A stretch of 64,000 nucleotides of DNA from Phoronis australis (lineage: Eukaryota > Animalia > Phoronida): assembly GCA_002633005.1 (NCBI GenBank), contig NMRA01000948.1, positions 1 to 64,000 on the forward strand. The letters run 5' to 3'. Positions 13,505 through 28,600 of the stretch are shown piece by piece. The notes beneath the pieces were generated by a model. The model was given only the letters and a program-made list of their open reading frames with translations, was not told where the DNA came from and searched no databases. The position numbers were made by a program, and so were the translations under genes. How positions within the stretch are numbered: the first letter of the stretch is position 1; each line of letters opens with the position of its first letter.

Positions 13505-13620
13505 CAGGGCTTGGAATGACCAATGACAAAAAAGAGGAAAAATTTCCAGGTGATGAGTCATTCCACAGATTTGTGCAAAATAAGTGGTGAATTATCACTG
13601 CCGATATTCCTAGTATCTGT
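13505..13620 (+). mobile_element. Truncated copy of the CAGGGCTTGGAA MITE
   Basis: Same 5' end as the 8488 and 26740 copies. Confidence 0.6.
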
Positions 13621-13663
13621 ATGTTTCTTGAAAGACACAAAATGTGATAAATATAGGACTCAC

Positions 13664-16600
13664 CCCTGATATTTCAAGACAAGGTAGCTTGCCAACTTGA
13701 GCTCCGGTAAATCCGTACACAGAATTGGCGCTCAGTTTCAGAGCCAGCTGCCGTCCATCCAAAACTTTCTTCTTAAATGGGTCAGTCTCTTTCTTAAGGT
13801 CAGCCTTAGCCCTGTAAGGCCATAACATTTATTTAAAGAGCTTAAAACCACCTTTTACTTTCTTTTGACAAATAACTGATGATTGTCAACATCATTAAGC
13901 CTTCCTGTTTACACCACTCCTGCATATTACGACCATGAATTTAATTTCCCCAAAAAGGAGATAGGAAAATAGAAGGACGAGTGACTTTAATTGAAAGTTT
14001 CTAAGCACCACGGACATGAATGTGATGCATGAACTCATGAATTAATGTGCTGCCGGAAAGTGAAAACAGCCACAGTGTGCTCAAATATTGATTTGTCACA
14101 ACCACCACAAACGCAACTCCTCACCAGTCTTTATTATATCATAAATGACGGGAAAACGGCTTGAAATATCTGACTACTTTTCGCACTAAACCCAAAGGAG
14201 GTCGACTACTGTTTCGATTGTTTTACGGATTCTATTGTTACCGACCAATAAACTGGTAGTAACTCAAGAAAATCTAATTAACATATCATCAGACAGTGTT
14301 TGCGTGCTCTGTTCTAATTCGACAACCAATCAACTGGGAAGGTTGTTCTCGGTGTTTTTGATATGAAATGGGTTTTTGGCATTTTAAGCCTTTACGGCAT
14401 GTTTTTAAGCGCAAATGGTTCACCAAAATGAATTTGTTTCTCTGATGGCATCATCTTAGGAAGCGACAAACCAACACAATCACATTAAATTTTAAATGAA
14501 TAAAATAGGTTAGACAAGACACATGGTACTTAACATAGGCAGTAATGAAACCAGAAAATGAATTCTCTGATTTGAATTTTAATTTTCATGTACTTTTTAA
14601 ATTTGAAAATGTGCTGCAAAATTTATGAAAAAAATTAACAAGTTACAGATAGCACAGACCAGAAACAATAAGCTGAAGAACTGAAATTCTTTTGGGTCAC
14701 ATTTGCATGAGTAGAGGTTCACCACTGGATTATCTTGTCAGTTGCTATTTCAAATTTGCAAAAACATTTTTAGAAAAACTGATGTTGAAAGAACAAACAA
14801 AAGAGAGGTCAAAGAACATTTTACCATTTTCAAAGATTTTAAATTAACACTTCACTCACTTCTTGCGAGCAGACAACAGCTGCTCGAGGATTTCAGGCAG
14901 CAGACCTTTCCTCATCGTCTGCTTCACAAAGTAGTTCCCAGCTGGTGTTTTGATGTACTGTTCCGCTGAGAGCCTGAAACGATGCACAAAAAACTACCTG
15001 AAAGCGTCGTATGAATGTTCATAACCAACTGTTCTATAACCTGAGACTGGCAGCTTCTCCAGACCCTTAAGTTAGGAACTCCCATATCGTTAGCTCACAA
15101 CATCTTAACGTCATCACATATTTCACAAGTGGGTATAGAGAGCATGACTTCCTACTGGAAAACAGGCAAAGCCCAACTCACACAATATAGCTGATAAGAT
15201 CAATGGCCAATCTGAGCGTGAAATTCTGGCATGTGATTTGAAAATTATATGGACCGATGACAAGATGTGTAGTACAGCGACTTTTCACATTTACCAGTGA
15301 TTCACAACAAATAATTTAGTTAGTATGGATCCCATAAGATATACCAACAATAATTGTAGGGAGTGGACGATAACCAATCGTCACACGGGAAAAACACGAT
15401 TTTACACCAATCACTTACAAAACTGTAGCATGAAAAGTTGGTAGATTCAACTAAAGCCCTTTCAACAATCCATTCTAGGAAGCCTAACTAAGCGTCAGGC
15501 ATAACTCATAAACATAACTGCTTTGCAAAAATCTCCCATTGGTCAACAGATTTGTGAGACTTACCCCTCTTTGGCGATACTGGTGGGGTGTAGAAGAGTA
15601 GTGTAGCACAGGTTGTGAGCCATCATAATGGACGGGTACAAGGATGAGAAGTCGAGGGTTGCAATGGGAACGTCATAATACCTGACAAGAAGAGGGAATA
15701 CGATGTAGGCTTGTAGGAATTTCCAAAATCACTTCATTCACAAACATGTAATGCATTTTCTAGAACAATTTTCCTTTGACCTCGTGCTTAAAAAGTACTC
15801 TATTTTACAGCCAAAAAAACTGCAACACCATGGCTCAAGTGATCCCAAGAATCATGCGGCACCATGATTCATGCTGCATCACGATTCCTGAGACACCATG
15901 ACTCAGCGACATCACGTAAAATAATGACTCATGTGATGGCACTGCTCATGTAACACCATGACATTCATGCAACACTCCTGTCATGGTATGACTCACGTGA
16001 CTCACTATGATTTATGTGATACTATTACTCATGTTAAATGTAACTCTTGAGAGATCATGACACCATGACTCATGTGACACCATGTCATACGTGACACCAT
16101 GATTCTTGAGACATTAGGACTCACGTGATATCATGACTCATGTGACATCGAGACACATGATAGTATAATCCACATGATATCAAAGCTTACATGATACATG
16201 AGACATCCGAGACTCACGAGATTCCATGATCCATGTAACTTAGAGACTCATGTGATACCATCATACATATGACATAGAGACTCACGTGATACCATGACAC
16301 ACGTGGCATCGAGTCTCACACGACACCATGATACAGCAGGTTTTACAAGAATATTAAGAGCATCAAGCAAATTTTATTATTGAATAACGTCGATAAACCA
16401 AAATACTTTTTGCATGGTCTGTATTTCACTGACCATTGAAGCAAATTCAGATGGAAAAATGACCTTACAAATATGGCGTACCAAAGCTGTTCACCAGACA
16501 ATTGGAGTAGGTCACACAATTTCATTTACAAAATTCTCAGACATGAGTACTGGTAACAGCATTACCCCTTGACTGGCTCAATGACAGTGGCCCCGGTGTA

Positions 16601-19600
16601 TTCATCCCCAGCTTCAATCTTCTGTGTTGGCAACAGTAGATCTTGTTCCATAGACTGAAATGATTACAGAAAGTACATTCAGACGGAACTGTTATATTGA
16701 ACATTACACCCTTCTCTATTTGAAAACGTCATATACCACGTCGCCACCCTTCATTTAGTCCACGTCACCCAAATCATTTTCCACCTTGAATTCACATTTT
16801 CACTGGTTTCCATCCTTCACTAATTTACAATGCACATCACCCAATTCTCACATTTCTCAATGTCTATATTTTCAATTGCTAAATACAGAACTTGCCTAGA
16901 TTAATAGCGAGGACATTTAAACTAAAAATCAGTGGGTGGCATTAAGACGTGCACAAAAAAATAGGGCGACGGAATTTACCCGAACAACCAATTATAGTAA
17001 TGTCGAATAGATGTCGGCTACAGTAATTCTCCTCTTAATTAGGATGCTCACCTCATTTCGCACAGGAAAAATTATTAGTAAAAACAATATTTTTTGTCCC
17101 TCGCTTATTTTACACGAGGCTGCTAGGTGGGAAATTCTTAACTCGCCTAATTCGCACACAGACAGTTTTGTGCTTCAGAAAATATCAATGCAAACGCAAG
17201 TCTATAATTCTAGTATTACAAGCCTCAGTCCGTAATTGTGTTAACATTAAGTTTTGAACAATGTATACTGACCGTTTAATTCAAAAATGAATATATGGGA
17301 TATCTCGTGCAGTTTTAATTAAGTGTAGTGTCATTCAGAGTCAAATTGTCAAAATAGTGTTTCACCAACGATGGGGCAAAGTACTCTTATATTGCAGCAG
17401 GACAGTGTAATTTAATAATTTAATGACTATCGATTGGATCATGTTGCCAACCCGTGGGCTGAATTTTGTTAAATTCACACATGGGCAGTTGGCGATGTTA
17501 GGTTATCAGTTAATTCCAAGTAATACCCATCAACAACAAAAACCTGTATTCAGTTTGTTTGATACATCCCAACTATAAGGAAACATATTTATTAATTTAG
17601 TACAAAATAAGTGGAGAAATAGTATGCTCTGCAGGCAAGTTCCAAAAAAACAACACCTGAATATAGACGATGTTTGTAGTCACTGGTGAGCACACTAAGT
17701 GGATCCTGATAGCTGAAATTTGCTGCTGTAGACGAGTGACCACAAGGACATGGGTAAAAGTCACGAATGTACAGATTGGGGAAGAGCAAATTACCAAGAA
17801 TGGACATTCTAAATAGCAAATTTTGTAAATTTAAGGATGGGTATTTAGCCAAACATGGGCACTGAATCAAACAAGTACGGTAGTACTCCCTTCAACACCT
17901 TATATTGATCACATGCCAATCTGCAGTGTGTCATCCACTTCATATTCCATCACATATCGCTGTTCCACCAAACATTGCCCGTGCTTCACATGCCACCAAT
18001 CCCTAAACATTTATCTTCGCTTGTAATTGCACCTTTCACATCTCTCATGCTTCACATTTCTCAATGACTACTGCACTTCACATGTCAATGACACCCTTCA
18101 CATATTGCTAAACCCTTCCTGATGCTCATGCTTCACATTTTTCCGTACTTCCATGTCACCATTCATTGTTCAAAAGCAGCCACACAATTCACACTTTGCA
18201 TCCTCCCCCACAGTTCCCACGCGTCACTCCAATCTTCACGCTTCACATGTCACCCATCCCATCTCCCTACCTTCCTCAGCAGCTGTGAGACGACCTTAAT
18301 CTGTTGGCCACGTGACAGCAAGTAACTGAGCGGTACACCCGTCACACGCGCCATTTCCATATAGTTGATGACGCACATCAACTTGTCAAGAAGTCTCAGA
18401 GGCAAGATGGCATCTTTCATGCAGTAAACCGCAAGACGGCGACGCGTCTGATCCGTGCCATTCTGAAAGGATTCATTATAATTCACATTTAGCCAATGAG
18501 AATCTCGTAATGAGTCGTCACCAGTTTAAGTTTCACGATCTCAGCAAGATATATTGTGGTCCTGTATAGCCAGTGAACAGTACACCTACTATGTACAAAA
18601 CGATAATTTCAAATAACAAATAAGCTCTTGTTTTAGTGAGGTTCCAGAGAGCCAGTATCTAAATGCCTATATCACTCGATCTTCTTCATCAGGCAGTAAC
18701 TCTTTTAGCTTCAAGAATGCTGAAAACACAGGCCAATAATGATGCACCCTTTAAAAGGTTACTATAAGTTACTGGCTGCTAATGTGACAAGAATGTTGAA
18801 AACACAGGCCAATAATGATGCATCCTTTAAAAGGTTACTATAAGCTACTGGCTGCTAATGTGACAAATGCTCTACTCCCCACAGACAGAGCTTAAATCAG
18901 CATTGGAGATACTGTAGACTGCTGGCATTTACAGTTCTTGCGTATTTATCTATAGACAAAGTACAAGGGACAGCGGAAAATCAATGCTGGTTTTGAAAGT
19001 AACAAAAACCGCAAGTTGTTTTGAAACAACCACTGCAGCTCATTAGCAACCTGTCCACCACCCTGGAAGGTAAAACCCCATATTCATCAAACGATCAGTG
19101 CTTTGCCAAAGGGTGACATTAATTCTTTCCCAACAAAGCAAGCAAAAAACCTCTGAATGTATGCCGTGGGGTCTGATCTTTTTACTTGAAACTTAATTTG
19201 AAAATATTTTGGACATTTTCCATTTTCTTTTAATTTTAACTCAAAATAATTGTCTGTCAGTCTGTCAGTCTGTGCTCAAGTAATACATTACACAAATGAG
19301 TGAATAGTCTAATATGCACTTGATGACTTACGGATTCGAGCTCAGACTTGAACTTCATCAAGTGCAAAATAGGATTACACATAAACCATAACACACTCCG
19401 CTGCAGAATGATAGACATTTATCTTGTGTTTGTACAAAATCAGAATGAAAGATGTTAGAACAATTTCGAGTTCCATTTTAAGTAAAAACATTAGACCCTT
19501 GGCCCAGAACCTCTTCTTTACCATTCCGAAAATTAGCCTGCAGTGAACTCACATCAAGGCACGTGCAGAGAGCTTGTCTCTACTGACCTGAAGGTCTGTA

Positions 19601-22600
19601 ATAATGGAGTGCTGAACGTCCTCCTTCTGTTCTTGCAAGAAGTGATAAGACACCGCGTTGAGCGTGTATGAACGCAACTTGTAGTCACGCACCAGAATCT
19701 AAAATATAACAAATATGTACAAAAGGAACACTTTAAAACTAATGTTCTTACAGCATAATTGAATGTGATACAACTGTAGTAATAGCCTTGATTACCCAAT
19801 TCGGGAATCGAACCAGCGACACCAATAAAACTGGCAAGTGTGCTTACCATTCAGCTAATAGGCAATTGCTCGTAAGCAAGTGGCTAACAGAGGTTCATAT
19901 GATTCACCGGAAGCATGTTTCACAACAAAACGTGCAGAGCGTTTAGAAACGAAGCGCGGGTTGATCATGACAGCCTCATAATTGATGCAGACTCATTAGC
20001 AACTCTGACCATCTAAACATGGTCTTTCCTTCCCACATTATGCACAATTCAATAAACATTACTGACAACTATTTATTTTAGAAGAACTTGTAAGTGTAAC
20101 TGTTTCTACTGTGCCTTAACTCTTCTTGGATGTATTCAGATCCAGTCAAAATATTGCCAGTAAACCATGATTTCAACTATACAATTAAAAATTAGTTGGT
20201 TTCCACACGACAATGAAATATTCGGGGAATTCAAAACATTTTATTTAAAATCTGACAAAAGAAACCATAATTCAGTAGTAAAAACGAACTATTCTTTGGC
20301 AAAAAGTGAACACGATCAGAAATTATGCACTGGAAAAATAAAATGTTTTACAAACCAACCAACCTTTCTCAGAGAAATGAAAGTAAGACGAGTGGAAATG
20401 AAAACATATTTCAAGGTGTTATACCTGGAGCAAGTCAAACTGTATACGTCCTTCAATGTTGACAATCTTCATGTCGCGCCTACCCATCTGCTTCGACTGT
20501 AACGTGGTCTCGCGTATGGTTGACCTGACGTCCCTCTGTCGTCCCAGGAACGGGAAATCCTTCACATTCAGGTGACTGGCACGATTCAAAAGGTACGGCA
20601 GGTCAAAGTTTTGAATGTTGTAGCCTGTGATGAGGTCCGGGTCTACTTCACGCACAAACTCCGCCCATTTCTGAAAAGAAGGGACAAAAGGTCACATTAT
20701 GCCAATACCCATGTCCTGAAATGCCACAAAACCACTCTGATTCTGTAGTAATTTACCCACAATGCTGAGCATGCACAGGACACCTGTTGAACTGCTGTCG
20801 CGCTTAACACATCTATTTCATACCAAAATCAACTCATCCTTCATCATTCTACTGTCACTTAAATTTTACAGACAGTTGAAATACGACTAACTCAAGATGG
20901 ACTAAATTCGCCTCAGTCTACTTATTTTTAACTCTTTCGCACCTTATTGTTTATTGTTTATTGTTAAGTACCTGTCTGTTGTTAGAGCTACATAAGAATC
21001 AGTGGAGCACACGCCGGTCATGACAGATAATAACCTATCATCACGTCAGTTTAGCTGTTGATGGTAAATTCAGGGTCATTTTATTTGATTTTTGATGTGC
21101 ACTGCTACTAAAAATTATGACTGGATTTTTGAAAAAATACAATACATATGGCACCATATGATCTCACCAACCCACAAGCCAATGAGTTGTTCTAAACTAT
21201 GCTGAAAAGAATAGCATCAGCTAAAATATAGTTATCTATCGAATTCTCATCACAAGTAGTTGGCTATCACCCCACTCACAGCGATCACCTGCAGTCAGTG
21301 CAATACCATATCCTTCATGTTTCCAATATAAGAAACCTAACCTGGTGGTAATAATTAGACGCGCACTACTTTCTAACAAAGATCTACATGCTGAATTAAC
21401 TCGGGTATGTCTGTGAATAGGCTCGGCTTGCTGTTTGGCTGGGGTAAAGCACCTGGCCAAGCCTAATCTTGGTGTAGCAAGGTCCGTAAGCGCTACTCTC
21501 ATGCCATGAAATGACAGGGTGGCCAGACTTTGAACCAGTGACCAGATTCTTATGAAAGATATTCTCCAAAATGTTAAACATTACTTCAGCTCAAATATTC
21601 AAACTGCACATACTGTGAAGCGGCACATCAAAACTGCACATACTGTGAAGCGGCACACCAAAACTGTTACGTATGTGTGTGTAATCACGCAAGTCAGAAA
21701 TCACGGCGCTTCTAAACTGATGGTCCCTAACGCTTAACTGCAAAGAAATCTGCCATGTTCCACAACATGCACCATGTTATTTATTCATCTTTCATCCAAT
21801 CATAAAGCGCAAAATTATGATCACATTATCAAGTCATCACAAGGCATTACCATGAGACTGCACTACATTCCCCTTTTGAGAGGCACCGGTGTTACCCGAA
21901 CTCACGGGTCCTCACAAATTTTCTGCATTGATCTACATATCAGCCACCAGCTGACACCTTGAGGTCTAGGAAATGCCATCACCAACCTAAATTTCTCACC
22001 CCAGGATTGGACCAAAGTTTCTCAACCACCAGACGACTTCAAAATAGCTTACTTGAAGAAGTTCTGTCTCCTTCTTGCACGAGATTACTTGAGATCCAAC
22101 GATGGGTGCACACGTGTTGAGCGTGAACACATTACGAATGAATGGAGTCTTCTCACCCTGCCTAATAACCATGTTAGCGACCTGGATGATCGGGTCATGG
22201 TTGGGTTCAGGGAACACACCTGAAAAGGAGGGTCAAAGGTCGTGACAGAGAGATAGTGTTGTGTACACGTTAGAGCATGAACAATGAACAACCGACACAG
22301 AGACAAGTGCCTGGAAAAAACTTGGCACTGCCAAAATAGCGGTCGAATAATCTTCATTTGAATGCCTAATCAGAAGCTTACATGTAATATATAGCATGGA
22401 TCCAGTCAGCTTGTTAAGATCAACAAAGTACCAGCAGGTACATCGACAACAATACTACCGAAGATGGCAATGCCGCCTTCAACACTGATGTTAACACTAC
22501 AGCACCAATAATGTTCACGAAACTGCCAATAATGACGTCGCTGATCAGTCATTGGCAAATATTGAATAACTCGAGAAAAAGCGAGTCATGGTGAGAAATG

Positions 22601-25600
22601 GACAACAGACTACAGGTAGCTCTTGAAGATCTATCTACATTATCAAATTTCAGAAGAATCCTTCAAAGGAATGCAGAAGGAAAAGTTTGAAAATGGTCAC
22701 CACAGCGCCACCTTTGTCCTCATTTCTCCTCAAAACTAGAACTTGAGGTTTTAACGAGGTACACGATGCGAGTTAATTTCATGTCGATCAGACAAAAAAT
22801 ACAACCTGTAGTGTGCCCTAAAGTACAAACTTAAAAAAAATCACAACAAAGCATTATCCTTGGAGAACTTTAATTTCGCCAAGTCACAATGACCTAGGGT
22901 GTCGATAAAGATACCTTTACGACCAGCACACTCGATGTCAAAGCTTAGAATTCTAATTGGAGCAACTTTGGACCAGTCGCCCTCAGGTGGATGTGAGATA
23001 AAGTTGTCCCAGGCAATGTCGACTTCCAGTTGGCAGCGGGAGGTCGCCGATGGTTTCTTAGGGTCGTTGCTGGCATTTCGTTGGCGAATGAAATATTTCC
23101 CAGCAGGCAGCTCAATCCAGTTACAACCAACAACATGAGTGTCCACCATGAAACTACAATACAGATATGAAAATCACAATATTTATGTATTTTTGACACC
23201 TGGACAGACAAAAATCATGCCTTGCAAGCTCATTTCTAGAGACAAAAAGCAAACTGAAGGGTGACGTAAGTAATTTATCATGACTAGAATATTCGTATAA
23301 TACAATGTAAGAGAGCAAAATAATATCATTTGTGGAAAGATGGACAATAAAAAACGCCAAAAGATTGAGAACAGCTCATGCTCACCACAATAGCAAACAC
23401 CTGACTTAAACTAGTACAGTAACACCTTTTTTCATATATTTCTACAGGTATTCATGCATTCTCCATAAAAATGGAATGTAACTAAATCAATCCCTCACAT
23501 GACAAAAGTTTAGCGAAAATTGATTGTCCTCTTATGTGGTCATCAACACTAGCAAACAATTTAGATCAAATTCACAAAGGTTTAAGCCAAACGTTTCTAC
23601 AAAATAACCCCTTCACAAAGTTTTTCAGAGAGAAAAATTGACGCAGTCTTCGATTCTTAAAAATCGGTGAACTGAAATCACAACAAAGTTAAATGGCATC
23701 CGAAAGAATTTAACGAATTGCTGAAAGGTGATAACTTTTCACTTAGTCATTAATTCAGAGATATCCGCAAATTAACACGTCTGGATTTTCAGAAGGATCT
23801 GATGGTAACGAGCAGTGCTGTTGTGGTAAAATTAGAGGTAAGTAGAAGCCCAAAGCCAACCATATCATCTTGAGCACTGAACGTAACTTACGGTGCATAG
23901 GTGCTACAATTGAATGTCAAAAGGTGGTTGGCTGTGCCTACATGCGCCTACGTCCCACCTCAGCACTGGTAATGGGGCTGTGACTAGAAAATTTCATCAT
24001 ATAAAAAGCTTCAGTGTACTGAGAGAATAAAAACAACTTTCGATCCAGTCCCCAACAGTACATCAAACTGGCCTGGCAGAACAATGATTTTAACATCACA
24101 CAAATGTGAATGGCGAAAAATACAGACTTAACCTCTTTTGACTTGGGTTTAGCTGGTGAGTGCCTTATTCATACTTTAAAAGTGAGCCTCTATACGTTTC
24201 AAAAACAATGCATTCTGTGCTTGGTTTGTACATAAATTAAGATAATAAGCAGGATGTTCTAATAAGCTGGTATCAACGTGGCCGTCATCGTAACAACTCC
24301 TGTAAGATGAGCTCACTAAGTGGAGTGAGTCAAAGTAAAACAGGTAAACAGGAAATAGACGGGTTTTATCTCCAGCACAGAGATCCGATAATTAAGCAAA
24401 TGAATGTAAGACGAATTTGGTTAGTTAGGCACCCATGCTAATAAACAGGTGAGAATCAATTTTGGTGATTTTTAATGACAACATCCAGTAATATGACCGT
24501 TTGTGACATCATGTGGAATATTTTACACGGATTTAATAGGACATTTAATGACTGCAACTAGGATGCTATTATCTTATAACATCAAGTCGGCTCCACTATA
24601 TCTTCGTTCATCCATCTCTGTTTTTAGAGACTACCTAGGGGTGCATACATAAGGTTATGTAAGACCTCGTCAGCCAAATGTCTAGAAAACTCGGAAGTGT
24701 ACAGTATTTAACTCGGCAAAAGTATTATTTTCTGAAAGTAGAAAGCCTATAGAATTAGATTTTTGAGTTGATACCCATCTGCCATTGCTTAGGTCATATG
24801 ACCACATCATTTAAGGAAATTTTAGCAAAAAAGAGGGTACATTCATTTGAAAATGATGGCATCAACAACTTCCCCAACTTTCACTTGACAAAAATGCTCA
24901 AAATGAAATCTCAAAATCGCCGTTACAGTTTCCTAAATTATCACTTCATTTTCACTTCAAGCATCTTCATTTCAAGAACAGTGCATAAAGCACAGTTGTA
25001 TCAGAAAGTTTCATTTGAATCCGATCAGCCATATTCCAAAGTTGTTCAAATTTGCACATTTTCCTAAGGTCCTACATAACCTAAAGGCTAGTATCTTGTG
25101 AATGGGGAGATCGCACATGTACCTTGGAGACCTCGCCAAGTAACACAAACACAGCATCAAAATTTAAAACCATAAATAGTTCTGAATCAGTGTCAGGTAC
25201 CGAATTTCAAAATCAATGTTGCTCTCAAAAGTTGAGTAGCCGTGGTTGGTGAGTCCGGGGCATGTGAATCCCTGCTCTAGGAGGCGCTTGGCTGGAGCAA
25301 TAAGACGCGGCAATGCCATGGTGATCTTCAGGAAGGGCAATTTTCTGTTGCTATGGTAACCATATATACCTAAAACGAAAGGTGGTAATCGTATGTTAGG
25401 CACTTCAGAGATCTCTGAAATCCACTTTCAATGGTGGATGTTTTTCACTAATCAATTGACATGTTGATAACAGCTGTTCAGAAGATTTCATTTCCACCAT
25501 GCCAATCCCTACAACAGGGGAAAACGGACAAAAAAAATCAAAAACCTAACCAGAATTGCCTTAATTACAGTAATTACAATGCAATATGGGAATGAAGCTC

Positions 25601-28600
25601 GAGCAATAGGAGTTTGAGCGATTTCCTCAGTACGCAGAGATGGGCAAGTCTTATATGAAGGACTAGACAAACAACCATTTGCTACTCGATCCAGTCACAT
25701 GTGAACTGACTTGCCCTTACAAGGCAACATGGCCGGCTCCATATTTACAAGACAACATGGCCGGCTCCATATTACAAGGCAACATGGCCGGCTCCATATT
25801 TACAAGACAAGATGGCCGGCTCCATATTACAAGGCAACATGGCCGGCTCCATATTTACAAGGCAACATGGCTGGCTCCATATTTACAAGGCAACATGGCC
25901 GGCTCCATATTTAGAAGGCAACATGGCCGGCTCCATATTTACAAGGCAACATGGCCGGCTCCATATTTACAAGGCAACATGGCCGGCTCCATATTTACAA
26001 GGCGGTGTTAATGAAGAATGAATAAGTAAAGTTTCTCTTTTCACCCTCTGAATTGATTGGGAGCAGAAAGCAGTCCATCAGCATGGAGGCATTCATGCGA
26101 TAAGGGTAACATGACATGAATGTATGCCTTTCTACACGTAGACATCTAGTTTCACTAGCGCCACCTAGTGAATTCCACAGCTGCCCAATGCTTCAGTATC
26201 AGGTGTGGATGGACTTACTCTCTTTGCTCTGAATCTCAACTGCCAGAACTGCTTGAGTGATGTTATCCTTGTTTGACCGCATATCCTTGATCACCGAATT
26301 GTTCAGGGCATCCTGGGAGAAAACCAAATACAGCTGATGACAACAAGTTGCAGAGCAATCCGTCTGCTTTCATCCTAGTTATGACTAATAGCTTTAAGAA
26401 ATAAAAACTTTACAAATCTTCAAAAAAAGGTTCACTTAAGGTGGCAATAAATTTGCTTTATGTCGTGAAAACTAATTCATGATTTAAACCACTTACCTTT
26501 ATGAAAATAGCTTCAAATTGTTCCTTAGTCAAATTAGAAAAAAATGACGATCACTATTGCTTGAGACCAGGCTCCAACAGTTGCCTCGTCACAGCGCGTC
26601 ATTTTGTGTTTACATCATGGTCTCAATAAGTTAGAACACGCCATCTGTTTTTCCATAACCAGAAACCACTTCTCACTTCAGCAAGGAACAAGTGGAAGTC
26701 AGATTTAAAGCAACAAGAGGCCTAGGTCAATAGCAAGGACAGGGCTTGGAACGATTAATGACAAAAAAAGAGGAAAATTTTCCATTCCACAAATAAATAT
26801 GTCAGTGCGATAGAAATATTTTTGTGTTGTAAAATTTGACTGAATAATGTTTTGTATGATTAAATAAAATCAACATAATGATAAAAAACCAAATAGGAAA
26901 CTGAAAATTAAAACCAAAGAAGAAGAAATCGAAACCAAAAGAGGAAATCGAAACCAACAGAGGAAATCCAGTTAAAAGAGGAAAATTCCAAGCCCTGCTA
27001 GGAAAGTAGATTTAATGCCACTTTACTTCAAGAATGACAAACGCCATCAACAATTCGACAATCAGCTTAGTTAATTGCAACTATTATTTAATACATTTGA
27101 TAATAAATACAAAATAATCCATGATAACAGGTAATACTAACTTGAAATGGCTTGCAGTGGCTGTTGGTGAATCCTGAGGGTGCGGGGACATAGAAATAAG
27201 GTGCAAACCCATGCACGTGGGCTACAACACTGTTCCCTTCCTCTGTGATGCCAAACATGCGAATGATGGGCACAGGTCCTACCTGTGACCCGGGCATACC
27301 AGGTAGATGACTTCCTGGAATGACAGTAAAGAACAGTTGACCTCTCATTTTTCAATTTTTGTGATCAGGAATCCATGTTTAAGGTTACAGTAGAAATTCT
27401 TCAGTTTGATACACAATATGGCAGACAGGTGAAATTTCACTAACAAAAGTCTCAACTAAAACAACTTTTCAGGAAAAGTTATTTTGATTTTAGCATGCTT
27501 AGTGGTATGGCGTAACTATTACCGAACAAGAGGCATTTGCAACAATGTGGTAAGCCTCTGAAAATAGAAATGCGTCAATTTTAACAATTATGTTTGTCCG
27601 AAATTAAAGAACTTTTATCGTAAGTAGAACCTTTCTGACAAGTCTGGGTACTTAGCCAAATACTGACATATTTCAATTCAGTAAAAATATGCATCTTCTA
27701 TAATTACGTAGAAAGATTATAGACTTGGATTTTTGACTTTAACATCACATGACCCACACGACATTAAATGACAGTAAATTATTTTATTGTGATCTGAAAA
27801 CCTGGCAAAGTTTTACACAGAATTACAGTCACGGCCGTTGGAGATAGTGCAGTAAAAACGATACTCATTAAAGCACCATTTTAAAATAGGTCATTGCCCT
27901 AAATGTAGAATGTGTAACAACCTTGTCAACGATACAAACAGGAAGACATTTTATTAGGTCTCATAAAACATTATGTACGGAATTTTTATGAAGGTTTTTG
28001 GACGGGACAATGGAAGACAAGTTTATGGCCTTTAAGTTACAGCATGTACATAACAAATATCCCCTCCCCCCTCCTCCTGTACAGTTTCAACGCCAAATGA
28101 AAGCAGTTTCCAAGACCAGATAACAATATAGTCTACAGTGAAGGGTTCTTGCCTTCCGTTTGTTGAAGCTCACAAGTCATAAACCAATTATGTCCCCTGA
28201 TTACAAAAGCTCAGTGGAACATATCATATTAACTGGTATCAGTGGCTTTTAACTTAATCGTTTTTGGCTAACATTTATTTTATTTCTTTGGAAACTTTTC
28301 ACAAGGAATTCAATTTCAGAAGTCAAACAGACTGAAAAATCCCAACTTTTAGTGCATGATAGTACTTTATTGCCCTGAAGTCATGCTAATGCAGTAATTG
28401 TCCAGTTCACACAAAAGAAGTTAGACCAGAGTTCCTGATATTGAAGGATTCCGCCTATTGTGATTTGTGTACAACTCTATTGACGAAGTACTCAAGGCCC
28501 TGGTACGGGCCAAGTTTCTAATGCCATTTCCAGTTCTCCATATACCTGTGTAGGTATCTAAATCAAGCTGTTGGAAGATTAAGCTCTGCTTGCTGGGGTC

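Noticed and set aside
18640-18700. CTGATGAAG on the - strand as a Penelope-type hammerhead core
   Set aside because: No properly placed stem II and GAAA.
20999-21044. GTGATGA...CTGA on the - strand in a POLD1 intron as a snoRNA
   Set aside because: Only about 46 nt from box C to box D, with a non-canonical D'. Too short.
25679-26021. Three overlapping repetitive ORFs / CRISPR-like array
   Set aside because: A head-to-tail 27-28 bp minisatellite with no unique spacers, in a eukaryotic intron.
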